The notes under the pieces: model-generated
Told to the model about the DNA's origin: nothing
Seen by the model: the letters and a program-made list of their open reading frames with translations, nothing else
Databases searched by the model: none
From: Pseudomonadota bacterium
Lineage (GTDB): Bacteria > Pseudomonadota > Gammaproteobacteria > UBA6429 > Thiohalophilaceae
Direction of reading: 5' to 3'
Assembly: GCA_022340685.1 (NCBI GenBank)
Contig: JAJDNN010000049.1
Span: forward strand, 1 to 51,925
DNA length: 51,925 nucleotides
Position numbers and translations under genes: made by a program
Part shown: positions 50,282-51,925 of the stretch, in pieces
Numbering within the stretch: the stretch's first letter is position 1
How the letters are laid out: every line of letters begins with the position of its first letter

Positions 50282-50725
50282 ATGCAAGATTACCGCAATA
50301 TTCTCCTGGCAACGGATCTTTCCAAGACAAGTGCTACGGTGGCGCAGCGAGCCCGTACTCTGGCACACTGCCTGGACGCTAAATTGACACTGCTATATGT
50401 CGTGGAGGGGTTTCCGGAAGATTTACCGGTAAAGTGGGTTGCTCCAGAAAACGAGGACCCCAAGATGTATTTGCAGGCGCGGGCTACAGAGGAGTTACGA
50501 GCTCTGGCTGAGCAGGCGGCCTGCCCGGATGCGGCCCTGCAAGTGGTTTTCTGTGATCGGGGTCCGTGTCGAGAGATCACGCGTTATGCAAAGGAGCAGG
50601 GTGTTGATTTGATTATCATGAGTTCACGTGGTCATCAGGGTATCAAGCGTAACCTGGGCTCAAAAGTAGGTACGGTCATCGATGATGCTGACTGTGATGT
50701 GCTGACGGTGCATTCGGCCGAGTAA
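50282..50725 (+). CDS. Universal stress protein (UspA family)
   Basis: ATG at 50282 after AAGGTGGA. ILLATDLSKTS ... LTLLYVVE ... DLIIMSSRG ... LGSKVGTVIDDADCDVLTV. Confidence 0.8.
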   Translation: MQDYRNILLATDLSKTSATVAQRARTLAHCLDAKLTLLYVVEGFPEDLPVKWVAPENEDPKMYLQARATEELRALAEQAACPDAALQVVFCDRGPCREITRYAKEQGVDLIIMSSRGHQGIKRNLGSKVGTVIDDADCDVLTVHSAE

Positions 50726-50729
50726 TTCT

Positions 50730-51925
50730 TTAACTTGTGACGGGTCCACCCAACTGCGCGCGGATCTTGTCTGCCACGCGGAACGCATTGGCATAGATGG
50801 TCCAGGTATAGGGAACACTGCCGCCGGTGGGCATGAAGCTGCCGTCGCTGACGAACAGGTTGTCGGCACCGAATACCCGGCAATCGGAATCAAGCACGGC
50901 GTGTTCAGGATCGGTGCCAAAGCGGCAGCCGCCCGCCACCAGGTTGGGGGGTGGGTCTCCGCTAATATTACTATAGATGTCCTGGGCCCCCATTGCTGTA
51001 AGAACTTTGCGCGCTTTTGTGGCGAGGTATTCCCCGACCTTAAGGTCATGAGGGTGAAAACCAACCTTCACCCTGGCTACGGGCGTTCCCCATTTATCCT
51101 TGACACGGCTATCCAGTTCGACATTACAAGTATCAGTTGGCAGCCAGTCACAGAATACTTCGAAACGCAAATAACGCGCTTCGGTAAAGTAACGGTTTAT
51201 ATTCTGTTTTAGTGGTTTGCCCCAGATCAGATCACCATTGTCATCCCATTTCTGATTATTCGCGCGTGCAATGGCATTAGGATGGCGGAATAGAAAGTCA
51301 ATGGTGCCACCCTTGAACCGGCCGGACTTTGCGTCGTCAACATAATACCAGTCCTGAAGGCCGCGATTGACAAACGGGCCGCGCTGTCGCAGGGCTTCAG
51401 CCTGTTCGGCGCCAAGATCCTTGTATGCAAACGTTCCCTGCCCGCTGCCACCGGCAGAGAATAGCAGGTTGCGACCAACCTGATGATGGTTATTGCCAAG
51501 ACCATCCGGATGTCGCGGGCCGGGTGAACTAAGCAACAGGCGTGAAGTTTCTATGGCCTGACACGCAACCACGAAGACTTTTGCCGTGACTCGCTGACGC
51601 TGACCCTGTCGATCAAAATATTCTGCGGCAATCACCTTGCCTTTGGTGTTACTGATGAGCCGGTTTACCTTGGCATGGGTATGAATTTTACAACGCCCCG
51701 TTTCTACCGCGCGGTTCAGCAGCGCGGCGCGCGCACTGCTCTTGGCACCGGTGCTGCAACCGTAACTGCCACAGAAGACCGAATAGGAACAGCTGTTACG
51801 TTGATGAGCAGGCCGCGACAGGATGGCACGGGGAGTAGGCAGACTGTGGTAGTCGAGTTTGTCACAGGCCGCATCGATCCACTGGCTAATGATATTTTCC
51901 TGCAATGGCGGATGAGGAAAGTCAG
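50730..51925 (-). CDS. GMC-family FAD oxidoreductase, C-terminal ~400 codons (gene continues past the right edge)
   Basis: C-terminal GMC pattern GGCRFGTDPEHAVLDSDCRVFGADNLFVSDGSFMPTGGSVPYTWTIYANAFRVADKI. The frame remains open upstream of the track's TTG at 51905 (..DFPHPPLQEN), so the FAD-binding N-terminus lies outside the window. Confidence 0.8.
   Translation of the reverse strand, partial: DFPHPPLQENIISQWIDAACDKLDYHSLPTPRAILSRPAHQRNSCSYSVFCGSYGCSTGAKSSARAALLNRAVETGRCKIHTHAKVNRLISNTKGKVIAAEYFDRQGQRQRVTAKVFVVACQAIETSRLLLSSPGPRHPDGLGNNHHQVGRNLLFSAGGSGQGTFAYKDLGAEQAEALRQRGPFVNRGLQDWYYVDDAKSGRFKGGTIDFLFRHPNAIARANNQKWDDNGDLIWGKPLKQNINRYFTEARYLRFEVFCDWLPTDTCNVELDSRVKDKWGTPVARVKVGFHPHDLKVGEYLATKARKVLTAMGAQDIYSNISGDPPPNLVAGGCRFGTDPEHAVLDSDCRVFGADNLFVSDGSFMPTGGSVPYTWTIYANAFRVADKIRAQLGGPVTS

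Overview
This is a 51.9-kb chromosomal segment of a GC-rich proteobacterium, and most of it is housekeeping core genome. All family assignments come from reading the six-frame translations and recognising motifs from memory. No database search was run.

Gene order follows several Pseudomonas-type gammaproteobacterial synteny blocks:
- lptD, divergent from amgK-murU.
- A 13-gene minus-strand run, mreB-mreC-mreD-mrdA-rodA-mltB-rlpA-dacC-dat-ybeD-lipB-lipA-(DUF218).
- gatCAB, divergent from mreB.
- hemA-prfA-...-prmC-moeB, divergent from TPR-lolB-...-ispE-tRNA-Gln-prs-rplY-pth-ychF-tRNA-Met.

I saw no rRNA, CRISPR array, transposase, integrase or phage genes.

The accessory content worth a second look:
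1. An AT-rich islet at about 23.1-28.3 kb follows moeB. It carries a circularly permuted ATP-grasp ligase, an alpha-E protein, an Anbu-type proteasome homologue, a Zn-ribbon HExxH peptidase and a HIT protein. This ligase/peptidase module has no established function and sits here in a non-canonical layout. It is my best candidate for the undescribed system.
2. amgK-murU is translationally coupled to a GCS2-type carboxylate-amine ligase and an M14/AstE-like zinc hydrolase.
3. A Tat-signal, bc1-type Rieske paralogue that has lost its box II [2Fe-2S] ligands lies between lolB and ispE.
4. Two small ORFs split prfA from prmC.
5. A patchy accessory stretch lies downstream of tRNA-Met. It holds an LMF1-like membrane protein, a class I aldolase, a lysine-rich DUF2934 protein plus a PilZ protein, a relic of an alpha-glucan phosphorylase gene, an orphan E1 alpha/beta pair, and a TauE/USP stress cluster.

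Many long ORFs in the supplied track are antisense shadows of real genes in GC-rich DNA. Several track ORFs also carry spurious N-terminal extensions, which I trimmed.
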